Source of the DNA: Schizochytrium sp. TIO01
Lineage: Eukaryota > Protista > Bigyra: Labyrinthulomycetes
Length of the DNA: 64,000 nucleotides
Assembly: GCA_004764695.1 (NCBI GenBank)
Contig: SMSO01000031.1
Coordinates: 3,200,436 to 3,264,435, forward strand
Direction of reading: 5' to 3'
Shown here piece by piece: positions 20,801 to 32,243 of the stretch (position 1 is the stretch's first letter; each line of letters begins with the position of its first letter). Under the pieces are notes generated by a model that saw nothing but the letters and a program-made list of their open reading frames with translations, was not told the origin of the DNA and searched no databases. Made by a program: the position numbers and the translations under genes.

Positions 20801-21052
20801 AAAGGAAAAAAATACAAAAGAACTGAGGCGTGTTTCTCCACAAGATTGTTAGAGTTCTGGAGACCACATTCAACTGACATTTTTGAATGGTGTGAATACA
20901 CGTTTGCTCAGTATTTAAAAACTTAAGAAGAGAATAAAAGAGTTTCTAATCCGGTCAGAAAATGAATAAACAACAAAGAGTAATGAAATGTTAGGAAGGA
21001 CGAAAAGAAAATGAGGTGGGTCGAGGAAAGATCCCAGGAAACGCTACTACTA

Positions 21053-21985
21053 TTACGGAAAGAGCTTGCGAATATTTGATGGTGCCCTATTAAAAGACCG
21101 AGATGAGTACTGCAGTGTGCTAAGGGCAGCAGAGCTGTTTTCACCATTCCATGCACGAAGCGCTTGCACAAGGCGTTTCATGGAAACAGCACTTCCCTTG
21201 ACAAAGGCGCCCTCTTGATCGATTTTATCATAGAGCACAGCAGCAATGACAGAGGAGAGCAAAATTGTTTGCAAGGCGTCTGGATCCGGTGCTGTCCCCT
21301 TGCTTGTGTAGCGCGAGGCGCTAAATGCTGTAAGGTTGGCGAAATCGGCCAGGAAAGGAACAAGTCCGCGCACGCTCTTGACCAAGTTTGATAAATCATT
21401 CGTGAGCGTAGAGAGCAGCGGGCTACCTTGTGCCACAAACATAGAAATGGCCGAGGCCTGTGAGTCATTAACTGGGGCCCTTGGGTTACTTGTGTTCCGT
21501 GAGAGCTCACGCCTGTAAAAACTAAAATCATTTTGCACAGCAGGTTTGGACATTTTGGCCCAGTCAAAGAGAAAAACAGCCTCAAAGAGAGCCGCGAGCT
21601 TGACCACAAGCGCTTGGTAGTTACTGTTGCCAACACCACCATGGGGGCTTGCAACAATTCGTAAGATATCACACACAGCAGCGTTCAAATTTGCTGAAAG
21701 ATCGTAGAAGGAGCGAATGCCATCCACATTAGGGAACATGCCCTCAAAGGCTTCCTGGCGAATTTTTTGGTCATTCGGGTTTGCCAAAGCCTGCTGGACA
21801 AGTTTACTGTTTGCTTGATAGTTCTTGAGAAACTGGATACAATGTTCATACTCCTGCAGAGCAACCTCAGCACGTTCGTACGCAGCACGCGCCGAGTTAT
21901 CGCTCGGTGCTTCTGCGTTACGAAGCTCCAATACATCCCCAGAGTATGAGGAGGAAGGAGAAAGTGACGAAAGTAATGAACCCAT
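21053..21985 (-). CDS. CYRI: CYRI / FAM49 (CYFIP-related Rac1 interactor, DUF1394) homolog, 310 aa
   Basis: Signature FDWAKMSKPAVQNDFSFYRRELSR matches FAM49 FDELKMxNPAIQNDFSYYRRTLSR, including the Rac-binding RR. N-terminal MGSLLS fits N-myristoylation. The C-terminal LYDKIDQEGAF and LQYSS segments and the length also fit the family. Confidence 0.93.
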   Translation of the reverse strand: MGSLLSSLSPSSSYSGDVLELRNAEAPSDNSARAAYERAEVALQEYEHCIQFLKNYQANSKLVQQALANPNDQKIRQEAFEGMFPNVDGIRSFYDLSANLNAAVCDILRIVASPHGGVGNSNYQALVVKLAALFEAVFLFDWAKMSKPAVQNDFSFYRRELSRNTSNPRAPVNDSQASAISMFVAQGSPLLSTLTNDLSNLVKSVRGLVPFLADFANLTAFSASRYTSKGTAPDPDALQTILLSSVIAAVLYDKIDQEGAFVKGSAVSMKRLVQALRAWNGENSSAALSTLQYSSRSFNRAPSNIRKLFP

Positions 21986-22814
21986 GATGTCCTTCGGTTT
22001 CTTTCTTTGTTGATTTGCTGATGTCTGCCAAAATCCGACTCAAGAAGCTTTTGATACAGCCAGTCCGAGCTTTTTGTCTCGCTAGTACCCCACACGAGCC
22101 CTGCCTTCAAGTGGTACTCTTGCACACAAGTTTTGCGAAATCTTTATCCAAGCAGTCTCCACCGCCTGCAATGCTTTTCGTTTATTGTCACGCTCTTACG
22201 CACGCAGCCGCGCCTGCAGGTAGTCAAAGCAAGTGAGCAAGGTATCCAGCTAGCTTGTTTTCAAGCAAGTAGTCAGTCTAGGCTCGTAGCACCACACCTC
22301 TGCAATCTCTTCGCAAGCAGTGTGGCTTTTCTGCAACTGCCCACGACCTATGCGGCCTGTTGAAACTATAAAGTTCTGCCTAGTGTTGGCTCACGTCCAA
22401 ACTCAAAGCGGGCTTGCGCACAGCAAAGCGCCCTCGCTCGCTGAGTGTTTCGCTGTGGAAGTAGTAATGGAGAGACTACTAGGAACAACAGGTACTACCT
22501 CTAGATTATGATCTATCAGTATGAGCGTACAAAGAAAGGAAGGAATGTACAAAAGAAGATGGATGTATGAATGTGCGAATAAATGTGCGACTGCCCAAAT
22601 TAAATCTCCTCAGAGGTGTCTCGATGCTCTCCAAACTTCGCTAACGCGTTTCGGTAGACCCTTGGCTTCCCTTGCTTCGCAAGATCCGTCAAGACTATTT
22701 GCTCGGCCTCGAGTGAGTGAATTATCGAATTCGCCGACTCACTGAATGAACAAGCAGCCACAATCTATCTATTATCCACACAGAAACGCAAGCTACGATG
22801 CACCCTACGTACCC

Positions 22815-22869
22815 GCAAGCAAGCGAACCTGCTTGCTTGCCTGCCTGCCTGCCTGCCTGCCTGCCTGCC
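22815..22869. repeat. (CCTG)n/(CTTG)n tetranucleotide repeat with an overlapping 10-bp perfect inverted repeat
   Basis: GCAAGCAAGC-gaacct-GCTTGCTTGC followed by a CCTG run. Confidence 0.85.
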
Positions 22870-24200
22870 ACCCGAGCTTCTCTTGCACCCGCGCACCGAC
22901 GACCTGCGAGAACCTCGTTTGTAACCGGAGTCGGCGGAAGAAGACGAAGGAGAAGTAAGTAGTAAAGAAGGCCTCCTCGACGGCCTCTTTTTCTCAGTAC
23001 AAGTCCTCGCTAGCTATCACCTATCCACTCCTACTGCCCCTTAGAACTATGGCTCTCCACAGTCGATCGCGAGGCCTAGCTGTGGCCTATCGTTTCCCCT
23101 ATTCGCCAGCCCAACAGATCAATGAATCAATTTTGTACTAGGCCCCCTTAGGAGTAGTAGTTAGGTAGGTAGGTATTCAATTCAAAAGTGAAATAGCTCA
23201 CTTTGTTTTTGTTCGCACGAAAAAGAAATTTCAAATCGTTCCTTTTCGATTTTCAAATTTGAAGGCAGAAAGACAGAAAGAAAGAGGATTTAAGCGACCC
23301 TTTGGCCTATATGGGGCTATGCGACTCCTACTCTCTTCTCTCGCAGAAGCACGAGGGATCGATCGAGGGGACCAAGTGCTCGAGCGGCGACAACTCCAGC
23401 TACACCTCCGGCGGCAACAGCGCGAGTGAAGCGAGGTGACAAAAACCTTCGACAGACCGCGCTATCGGCCACAAAACTGGGTCTTGGCGGCCCGGCAGCT
23501 CTCTCCTCGATCAGCGGCCGCTCAAACAGTCGCTCCCAGTCTTTCTATCCAATCTTAGATTCAAGCTGGTGTGCGACGTGGATCAAGTTCTACCTCGAGA
23601 CTGCAGAGAATGGGCTCCGCTACAGGGCGGAGGGCTCGGGCGTGCTGCGACACCGTGCGCAATACCCGGTGCGATGGATGTGCGCCTGATGACAGACCCT
23701 GAGGAGGTCCGGATGCGCCTTTGGTTGGACGAACTTGAAGAACGGTGCACTGAAGAGCAACAAACTAAAAGAAAGACTTTAACAAACCAAACCAAACCAA
23801 AAAAACACTTTTGAACTAAGGACTAAACTAAAGCTTTCAAAAGAACGAAAGAACGAAAGAGAGAACGGCTGAAGATCATGAAGAACTCCCTCTTTGCTCT
23901 TCTCTTCGTGTGTCTGTGTCTGTGTCTGTGGCTGACCGGCTAGCCGTGGACTGGTCATCGCTGCGTAGGAGAGGAGCCAAGGCAAATGCAAAGGTTGGGA
24001 TTAAGACGGACGATTCTCTCTCTTTCTGCTGTAGCTTCTTCTTCAGTCGATCAATCGATCACTTCATCAATTGCTTTGTTTTCCTCAGACTGTTTTTTCT
24101 TCGTCTTTCTTTTCTGTCTGTGATCTTTTTACTAAGTCCATAGGTAACTTCTATCTGCCTACCTTTAGCATTAGCATAGTAGGCAGTAGTGCTTGCTATG

Positions 24201-24316
24201 TACTACTACTACTACTACTACTAATTTCTACTATTTTTTTTTACCGATTCTCTGTTCTGTCTGTCTGTCTGTCTTTCTGACTGACTGACTGACTGACTGA
24301 CTTTCTGACTTTCTGA
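24201..24316. repeat. Microsatellite cluster: (TAC)7 followed by compound (CTGT)n(CTGA)n
   Basis: tactactac... at 24201-24223 and ctgtctgt...ctgactgactga at ~24257-24316. Confidence 0.9.
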
Positions 24317-27215
24317 TTGCTTTGCGTTGCCTCTGCATGCCACCGGAGAACATATGGTTGGATGCCTGACTCGCTCACGTTCTTCGATCCTTGTCTTCAA
24401 AATACGCTTCACAAGGGCTTAAGAAGAGACCTTCGAGGCTGGTTCTTGCTGCTTGCTTCGAGTTGCATACCTTCATGTGTTTTTTATAACTTTTTTTATT
24501 TTAAATTCTACTACTGATTAAAATACGTCCTACCTACGGAAGAAGGAGGCCTTTTACTTAGCTATGACTCTACTAACACTGTTACGCCTGTAATAAAGTA
24601 CGCCGCGTCTTATCATAGTAGGAGTACTGAGACACCCCTCGTTTTAGTCTGTCTCTCTTAATTGACTGAGCCTGCAAAGACCTTGAAGTCTATGAAGGGA
24701 GGCGACGATGAACCTGGGGGCTTTACGGCCATGATAGCAGTTCACCAGACCGCTGTAGAGCTCGTCAATCCAAGTTTGATCGATTTGCAAGATATGTTTT
24801 TCTTGAAGTTGAGTGATGATGATGTGAAAAACTAAAATAAAAAATAAACTAAGCAAAGGCGGACGACCGACTTTGAATTCCTGCATATTGAGATTGAATA
24901 CTAGTTTGTAAGATCGCAAATACTTGGCTTGTTGTAATTAAAAAGTATGAGCGGGGCAAGCGCTGGCTAGCGAAATTGCCCACTTCACCAATGAGAAATT
25001 GTCTTATATTAAGAAAAAGGCAGTCAGACTATCAAATTGCCTGCCATACGGTCATGAAGATGTATAAATGAAGGCGTGGCTAGGTCAAATCAGCTTAGAA
25101 GAAAGTGTGGCCTCAAAGTTTGTCGAACTGGACATCGCTGTTACGGTCTGTGATGTGGTCTAGCTGTTATTTTTCGTTTTACCATGATGGAGACTTTCAG
25201 TATTATTACTGAGGGGCAGTTTTTTATGAATACTGTGCTTGAGTCATAGGAATTTCGATTGCTGATGACTGAGAGTTTGCAAAATGAAAGGAAATGGTAT
25301 GTGGATTAGAGTTCAAAAGTTAGCACCTACCCAAGCGCAGCATCATGATGGACTGTTGATATTTCAACCTCTGAACATAAAAGCAGAACACCTCCAGGTG
25401 CACCTTGGTCACCTTGAACTCCTTATATAATATGGTCTGTCGTATCTGCCATGTTCAGCATTCTATTTATGAAAATGGAAGACATAGGGTAACCTGCGAT
25501 GAATTGAGTCCTTGAGAATAAGCCTGTCGGTTGATCTTCTTGATTGACAAGCTGTTCACTTTAGAAGCACTGTATCATTCAATTCGACTTCGCTTTATCA
25601 AATTAATGTTCATCATGGATGCCTAAATAAATTCACTTTATCCGTCGATTCGTAAAGTACAAACACAAACATAATTTTGGCATTACTTCGTCGAACTACC
25701 TGAAGATGTCTAGAAGCAGTCCAGTCTCTTGAACATTTGAAGAAAGACTTGCTGGCTTCTCAGTTAAAGTCAGCATGATAAATCTTGTTGTTGAGAGTCT
25801 TTTTTGAGAAATGGGCTGGTGGTCACATCAATGTATGTTAACGTTCGTATTGATTTTACGCAGAGTATTGAAGAGCCTTATGAACAATGACCACTGCTTT
25901 AAAATACATGCTCCAATTCAGTATTTTAGCTACTTCTAGATTCTTCTCAATAATGCAGCCTCTTTTATTTCCTCAGATGTACTGCTTGCTAGGCAATATA
26001 GAGCAAGCAAAATAGCTGATATCATATGTTGGTCTTTATGCAGTTAAGAAACTTATTCGAGCTGAGCTTAATCACTTGTCATGAATCAATATTACCTAAA
26101 AAGAAGTCAAGGCTGTTCTCCTTGCATACCGGCCCCATTGCATGTAATAATATTTGCACGATTGACCTGTTCAAATGGTATTTAGGTTTGGAAAGGTCAA
26201 GCTTATGTGACGTAAGTGGCTCTTGACTCTGCCTCTTACGGGCTTGAACGATGTAGAAGGCGCGCCACTATCTTGAATCGCAGGATACTATATAATAAGT
26301 TCGCCATCGAAGCTAGTATATTTAAGAGCGAAGGAGCAACTAGTCAAGTCTTTTTCACCTTTTTCTTTTCCCTATTTTAAAAGTTTAAATTATATTCTTT
26401 TAAAATTTAAAGAATGTCTTTTCATAAATGTATAGGCCTAAAAAGACACTTGTGATGACCTCCACTAGTTTCTGGCTTTCGAGGAGCTACAAGGGGTTTC
26501 AGCATCTAAGTTACGCAACAGGTAAACAGAGCTTCTATTCGTAAATTCGGACAGAACTTACTATATATATAGGAAAAATAAAATATTGACAGTATGACGT
26601 TCGCCTTTAACTTTCGTATTACAATTTTATCCTAATTATAGATCCGTTTAAGGTGTGTACCCTTTTCAAAGTTGCAAAAAAAGGAGAAGATTGTACTAGG
26701 TCTAACTCATTGATCCGGCGTGAGCGAACCTTACTAACTTATCAGGTTCTCGAATTGATAATCAAATAGAGCATGTAATATTGACAGCACCCAAATGGTG
26801 TGTATCCAGTTGCGTTTGAGCAGGCTCGTTAGCATATTCGCAGAGATAATTCGAAAAGAATACAAACCCTTACGAGAACAGCCTCAATCAACGGGAACTG
26901 CAAGCTTTCTTCTAAAAAGAGAATATATTTTTGCATTGCGTATTTAAAGCAGACGACAAAGCCAAGTGCAAACAGGCATTGGAAAGCTTTTGACGCACGG
27001 ACAGCGACAAGCGCGAAGCTTGAGCGCGTTCGGTTATTTGCGCCAAGTGTCTTTGCTCGAGCGCAAGCCGTGCTGCATACTGGGTTGCAGCAAAGGTTAA
27101 AAAAACTAATCTGAAGCATTCATTGCTTTAGTCGCTGACGTCGTCGCCATTGATTTGGTGTAAATTTTCTGGTTTGAAACAGTGCAAGAATAATCGTACA
27201 AGTTTTGCAGACACA

Positions 27216-28682
27216 ATGACCTCCATGAAAAAGGAGGACGTTCTTGCCAACAAGCTTGCTGAGCGCTACGCAAATGGCGACCCAGAGGCGACGGAGTTCA
27301 TTGTTAAGGAGACACGTAAATTTCTTGCATCTAAGTCTGGCCGTAAGCTTTGCGCCTCGGACATTCAACAGCTGGAACGTAAGCTAGAGGCTGGCATTAA
27401 GGATCTGAAGCGGGTCAACGAGGCACGTGCCCGTGGCGAGGCTGTCAAGGAAGATGTCGTTCTCCACAACGAGCGAACTCAGCAACAAAAAGAGTCTACT
27501 GCCGAAGAGAAGAGTGACATTCCTCTCGACAGCTATTTGGTCTTCGCCACTGCATCCGAGTACGAGCACCAGAAGGCAGAGCGAGAGAGGATTCGTCGTA
27601 CTCGCGAGAAGCAGCGCAAGATGAAGGAAGAACTTGATCAGCAAGTTGAGGCATCGCGTAACAAGAATGGGGAAACAATTCGTATTGAGGAGGAATATGC
27701 GCAACATGTTCGTCAGCAATACTCTTCCTACTTGGAAACTGAACGTAACAAGCGTGTAAATGAAATTGAGCGTCAGCATGCCATTAAAGAGGAGCGCGAT
27801 CGCCAACTTGGAGAGCTCATAGCTCGTCGTGAGCGCGCTGCTCAGCGTGAACGGGACCAAGAAGCTGCGCTAATTCAGCGCGCTCTCGAGGGAATTAAGC
27901 ACGACGAAGAAAACCAACGCAAGAAGCTTCGCGAGCAGCGTGAATACATGGAGAGAGTTCAGGCAGCAAATCTGAAGAACAAGGCCATGCGTGCTCAGGA
28001 GCGATCGCGCGAGCAAGAAGAAGAAAAACGTCTTCAGCAAGAGTATGCTCGCCGTCTGGATGAACAGGAACGAATGCGTGCCGAAACTTATGCTCGTATG
28101 AAGGCTAAATCCTCTAATAACCAAGCAATGTACGTTGCCGCTACTGCTGCTAAAGACGCACATGATCGTGAAGTCGAGGCCCGGGCCCTAGCCTACCAAG
28201 AACAGCTAGCTCGTGAAGCCGAGGAGCGTCATCAAGCAGAACTTGCTCGCCGAGAACATGAAAAGGTCAAGCTTAATGAAGCGCTTGCTGAGCAAATTCG
28301 TAGGGCTAAGACAAAGGAGGAACAAGAAAAGAAAGCCCAAGAGATATTTGCAGAAGCGTACAAGGCTGACGCAGAAAATGCCCTTGCCGAGGAAAAGCGC
28401 CAGCAACGCATTCGCCAGCAAAAGGCTCTTGAACATAAGGCTGAGCTCCAACGCCAGATGCAAGAAAAGCTTAACCGAACAGCTGAGACTGACCCGACGG
28501 CTATGAGTCCACAGGAGAAGCTCATTAATTTGCCACACATCCGCAAGCTTGTATCTGATGACGATGTTGTTGGTGCTATCCAGCAGAGAATGGAAAAGAG
28601 CAAGATTGCTGCTGAAGCCAAGAAACGCACCAAACTCGGCATTCGCGGAGGGCCCGCTGACCTGCAAGACGAGGATTTCTAA
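27216..28682 (+). CDS. Trichohyalin-plectin-homology (TPH)-like coiled-coil protein, ~488 aa; candidate axonemal/basal-body protein
   Basis: E/R/Q/K-rich helical ORF with KMKEELDQQV, LAEQIR, HKAELQRQM and C-terminal MSPQEKLIN motifs, as seen in TPH-type flagellar proteins. The ORF track starts at TTG 27150; the first ATG is at 27216 (a second at 27225). Confidence 0.75.
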   Translation: MTSMKKEDVLANKLAERYANGDPEATEFIVKETRKFLASKSGRKLCASDIQQLERKLEAGIKDLKRVNEARARGEAVKEDVVLHNERTQQQKESTAEEKSDIPLDSYLVFATASEYEHQKAERERIRRTREKQRKMKEELDQQVEASRNKNGETIRIEEEYAQHVRQQYSSYLETERNKRVNEIERQHAIKEERDRQLGELIARRERAAQRERDQEAALIQRALEGIKHDEENQRKKLREQREYMERVQAANLKNKAMRAQERSREQEEEKRLQQEYARRLDEQERMRAETYARMKAKSSNNQAMYVAATAAKDAHDREVEARALAYQEQLAREAEERHQAELARREHEKVKLNEALAEQIRRAKTKEEQEKKAQEIFAEAYKADAENALAEEKRQQRIRQQKALEHKAELQRQMQEKLNRTAETDPTAMSPQEKLINLPHIRKLVSDDDVVGAIQQRMEKSKIAAEAKKRTKLGIRGGPADLQDEDF

Positions 28683-29384
28683 TGATCACAGGTATTTTAT
28701 CTCTAAGAGAAGTACTTTTCCAAAGAATCCTTTGTTGTAGAAACTTCTTTCGTGTCATTGCGAAGATGCCAAACCTTTTGACATCCTCAACTCAGTCAGG
28801 AACTTTTCTCAACATTGCGCCAAAGTTATGAGATCTCTAATATATATTTTTTAAAAGAGTGCTACATCCTAAGCGCTGTGTCTCCCTTCTCAATGTCAAT
28901 GTCATGGCATATCCCATCTTGACTAAATAACTTTGCAAGGCAAAGTTGAATAGAAAACAAAAACTTTAAAGTGAGTCTTCAACAAGTACGATAAAAACCT
29001 AACTTCTAAAACATTTCTTGCTTTCTTCTTATTTTGGCATTTACATTTTAAAAAAAGAGAATAGCGTCATGTTTAGTCGGCCCAGGGTTATTTGAAATTT
29101 TTGAAAAAGATTTGAGGTTTAGGTCTCATGACTTCAACAATCTGATCAAGAACAATAGACTCTGGAGATTGAGCATACGCGATTTCTTTTTTTTTTCGAT
29201 ATACCTTTTGGGGTATGAATTATTATGATAAAGAAATAAAAAATAAGTGAGTAAAAATATGAAAATAGGAAGAACTTTTTTTAATTCTCAAGCTGAGAGG
29301 AGCGCCAGTCACCTGGGCCATCCTTCCGTAGCACAGATATTGATTTGCATCACAAGGGCCGCGAGCGATCCTTATCTCGCAGCC

Positions 29385-31373
29385 ATGTCTTCAGACGCGC
29401 TCCTTTCTCAGGTCTTTCCTGGGAACTTCTTTGTTGCACGTGTCAGTGCACTCAGTGATGCTGCTGGTAGCCACGAGTTCGTAGCTGATCAAGGTCCTTT
29501 GGACAAAAGCAAGGACGACGACCGAGCAAACGACAACGTGAAGCTTGCGGCGAGGTGCAAATACTGCTCTTCTTCAAGACTCGAACACAACCTTTCAATT
29601 CGATGGGCGTCTCGCAAAGGCCAGTTCAACGCAGTTGAGTCTATATTGGCTCTTCTGCAAGCAACGCGTCTCTTCTCCAGTGTTACTGAAGGAAAATCTT
29701 GGTTTGTGCAGCTCGTAAAACAATGTTGGAGCAGTCTCCCAGCTCTGTCACAACTTGATCTCGCAAAATTACGTAAAGCAGAATTGGTTGTTCAGTCCTC
29801 TTCTAGAAAAACAGAGAAAATATCTAGCGATTTGGAGCTTGCCGCCGCACTTGACGAAGCCTACTTCAGTCTCTATTATGAAGCACGTGTTTCTTGCGCA
29901 TCATTCAATGTTCGGCGTTGGGCCCCAGCAGCAGTATTTGATCGCCTCGAGTTAAAGTGGTGTGCAACACTAGAGTTGCGGCACTTAAGTCCAAGGTGCA
30001 GTGCGATCCTGGCCAGGTTTGAAACTAATCTATCTCAAGAGAATGAGTTGTATCGTCTTTGGCTGGCTCGCATCAAAGAAAATTTGAGAAGAGGAAATCA
30101 AATAGCAGATTTAGATATTTTCAATTCTCAGAGGCGTGTCTCATCAGCTGACTGGGCAGGTCGAGGCGAAGCACCCTTTAGTTCTGCATCTTCAGAACAA
30201 TGGTTTGATACGTTGAGAGACTGGCCAGCACATCTGTATGCTTACGCCGTCCCTACGAATGAAGCCATTCGTATTATTACTCAACTTGGATCAATTGTTG
30301 AAATTGGGGCGGGTACAGGATTCTGGGCTTCTCTCATGCGTAAAAATGGTGCAGATTTAGTTGCTGCTGATATCGCTCCGCTTCTTCAACAGCGTGATCA
30401 ATCAGGAACAAAACGAGGCAAAAATAGAAGCAAACAATCCTCACGAGGCCGGATGAATGAATATCATGGGCAATTTTCTGCGTATACTTATATTGAGCCT
30501 ATGGCGAAGGGTACCCACGGTCCGTGTATGGATTCTCAGTGGGCAAATCGAGATGTACTTTTTCTATGTTACCCACCGCCTGGAACACCAATGGCAGAAA
30601 AAACTCTCGGCGAATTTCGAGGAAAGTACGTCGCTTTGGTTGGTGAATGGAATGGTACGACGGCTACCCAAAATTTTGAAGTAGCTCTGCATAAGTCATT
30701 TGACCTCTATAAGAGGTGCACACTACCAAATTGGCCCAATACAGCTAACGACTTAACAATTTGGCAACGCAAAAATGAGATCAAGAGCAAAAGTAATGAA
30801 AATATGGCGCACCAAGTTTTGAAATGTGCCACATGTGAACGGTCGTTGGGCCAGGTCCCTGATCTTCGCCGATGTGCTCTTACGCGGGCTATATGTTTCT
30901 GTTCTCTCGACTGTTTCGAAATTGGCAAGGTCCTTTGGGTGGATGAATTGGCCATTCGTGGCATTTGCCAACCCGAGCAAGCTCTTGATGATATCTTTGA
31001 GAACGCCTTCGACCTGTTATCATGGCCTTTTAAACTTCCGGTTGCGCCTAGGCCTGGTCTCTGTCAGCTGAGAGAAAAGATGCTTGCTCAAACGGAAATT
31101 TTGCAAGTGCAATCGGAAGCTACCCCTCCCTGTGGCAAGGTGGGAAAGTCAATCCAGCTGATGCAAACAAAGAGCAAAAGAAAGCAAAAAACAACTGCCC
31201 CTATTCAAGAACCACAACATCAATCTTCCCTGCCTCATCAGCCTAAAAAGCGTGCCCTGGTCCTTGAACTTGAGGACTCTGGACGGAAATCTAAGAAAAA
31301 AAATAAAAAACAAAAGTTCACGGCAAATTCGAACCAACAGAGTAAAACTGCAACAAAAAAAAAATCAAAATAG
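29385..31373 (+). CDS. Uncharacterised class I SAM-dependent methyltransferase-fold protein with a C-terminal MYND-like zinc finger and a Lys-rich tail
   Basis: Motif I IVEIGAGTGFWA, post-I LVAAD, then VLFLCYPP and YVALVGE, preceded by YAYAVP. CATC...RRC...FCSLDC is MYND-like. The basic C-terminus (RKSKKKNKKQK) is NLS-like. Start placed at ATG 29385; ATG 29259 is an alternative. Confidence 0.8.
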   Translation: MSSDALLSQVFPGNFFVARVSALSDAAGSHEFVADQGPLDKSKDDDRANDNVKLAARCKYCSSSRLEHNLSIRWASRKGQFNAVESILALLQATRLFSSVTEGKSWFVQLVKQCWSSLPALSQLDLAKLRKAELVVQSSSRKTEKISSDLELAAALDEAYFSLYYEARVSCASFNVRRWAPAAVFDRLELKWCATLELRHLSPRCSAILARFETNLSQENELYRLWLARIKENLRRGNQIADLDIFNSQRRVSSADWAGRGEAPFSSASSEQWFDTLRDWPAHLYAYAVPTNEAIRIITQLGSIVEIGAGTGFWASLMRKNGADLVAADIAPLLQQRDQSGTKRGKNRSKQSSRGRMNEYHGQFSAYTYIEPMAKGTHGPCMDSQWANRDVLFLCYPPPGTPMAEKTLGEFRGKYVALVGEWNGTTATQNFEVALHKSFDLYKRCTLPNWPNTANDLTIWQRKNEIKSKSNENMAHQVLKCATCERSLGQVPDLRRCALTRAICFCSLDCFEIGKVLWVDELAIRGICQPEQALDDIFENAFDLLSWPFKLPVAPRPGLCQLREKMLAQTEILQVQSEATPPCGKVGKSIQLMQTKSKRKQKTTAPIQEPQHQSSLPHQPKKRALVLELEDSGRKSKKKNKKQKFTANSNQQSKTATKKKSK

Positions 31374-32243
31374 GCAAAAACTACCAAGGAAGCTACATTT
31401 CCCTGTAATTATTACTATCTCCCATTTCTTTCTCTACTAATACAAACATTCAAGGGGTTTGAAATAGAGAGGCCGTATTTAGGGCTTCATATTCAAGATG
31501 ACAAATTAAAACAAAATTTAGTGTCGAATGAAATCACAACCGTAGAACAACCCTGCGTGTTACTTGAAATTGTTACCACCGCTCTCTCGGAACTAATATT
31601 CTCACTTTTTCCCTCAACAACATGCTAAGAACATCTCTACAATCAGACAGCAGATACTCAGAACCCCCCAACATCCATTTATTAGCTATAAAGATTATCA
31701 GAGCTGACTCTATTTCACCGGCAATAAAGCAAAGGTCCACAAACTAGGAGGTGATAAGGGAAACCAAGCCATCTCAGCTTCTAAAACAGTGCTGGCCTCA
31801 ACGGATCAATGGGGTATATTACCAAGGAATGCCTTATACAATTTTTTCTTATATAGACTCTCGAATAGTTGTATTGGGGACACAAGTACTTAGTTACAAC
31901 ACATACTTCTATAATACCCCTTTAACATACATGTGACGGTCTTAATGGTGTGAGAAGAGCTCAGTTGCAATTGCAGACCTTCCTGTAAAAGGGGTTATAG
32001 TTTTTTGGGCACTTAGTTGTCTGGACAATCGCATTCGAAAGAATAATTGCAAACAAGCAAACCATTGACTGGTTGATCCACCTCGTCGGGTTGACCAGCT
32101 TATTTGTTTCTAGTTTGCGTGGCTGGTTGGCCAAGACGACTAGAGCTCTCGCGTCGTCGCGTTTCGTTTGATCTCGGAAGGTTGACTCCAATAGTGTCAT
32201 TGTTTGATTGTAGTAGGTGCAAGTAAGGCTTGGATACCTGCTC

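Noticed and set aside
22965-22993. AGGCC...GGCCT hairpin followed by a T-run, resembling a rho-independent terminator
   Set aside because: Eukaryotic context, short imperfect stem and no gene ending there.
24644-26226. Possible decayed gene or transposon remnants (also 2560-3720)
   Set aside because: No recognisable transposase, RT or other domain motif, and no terminal repeats found by eye.
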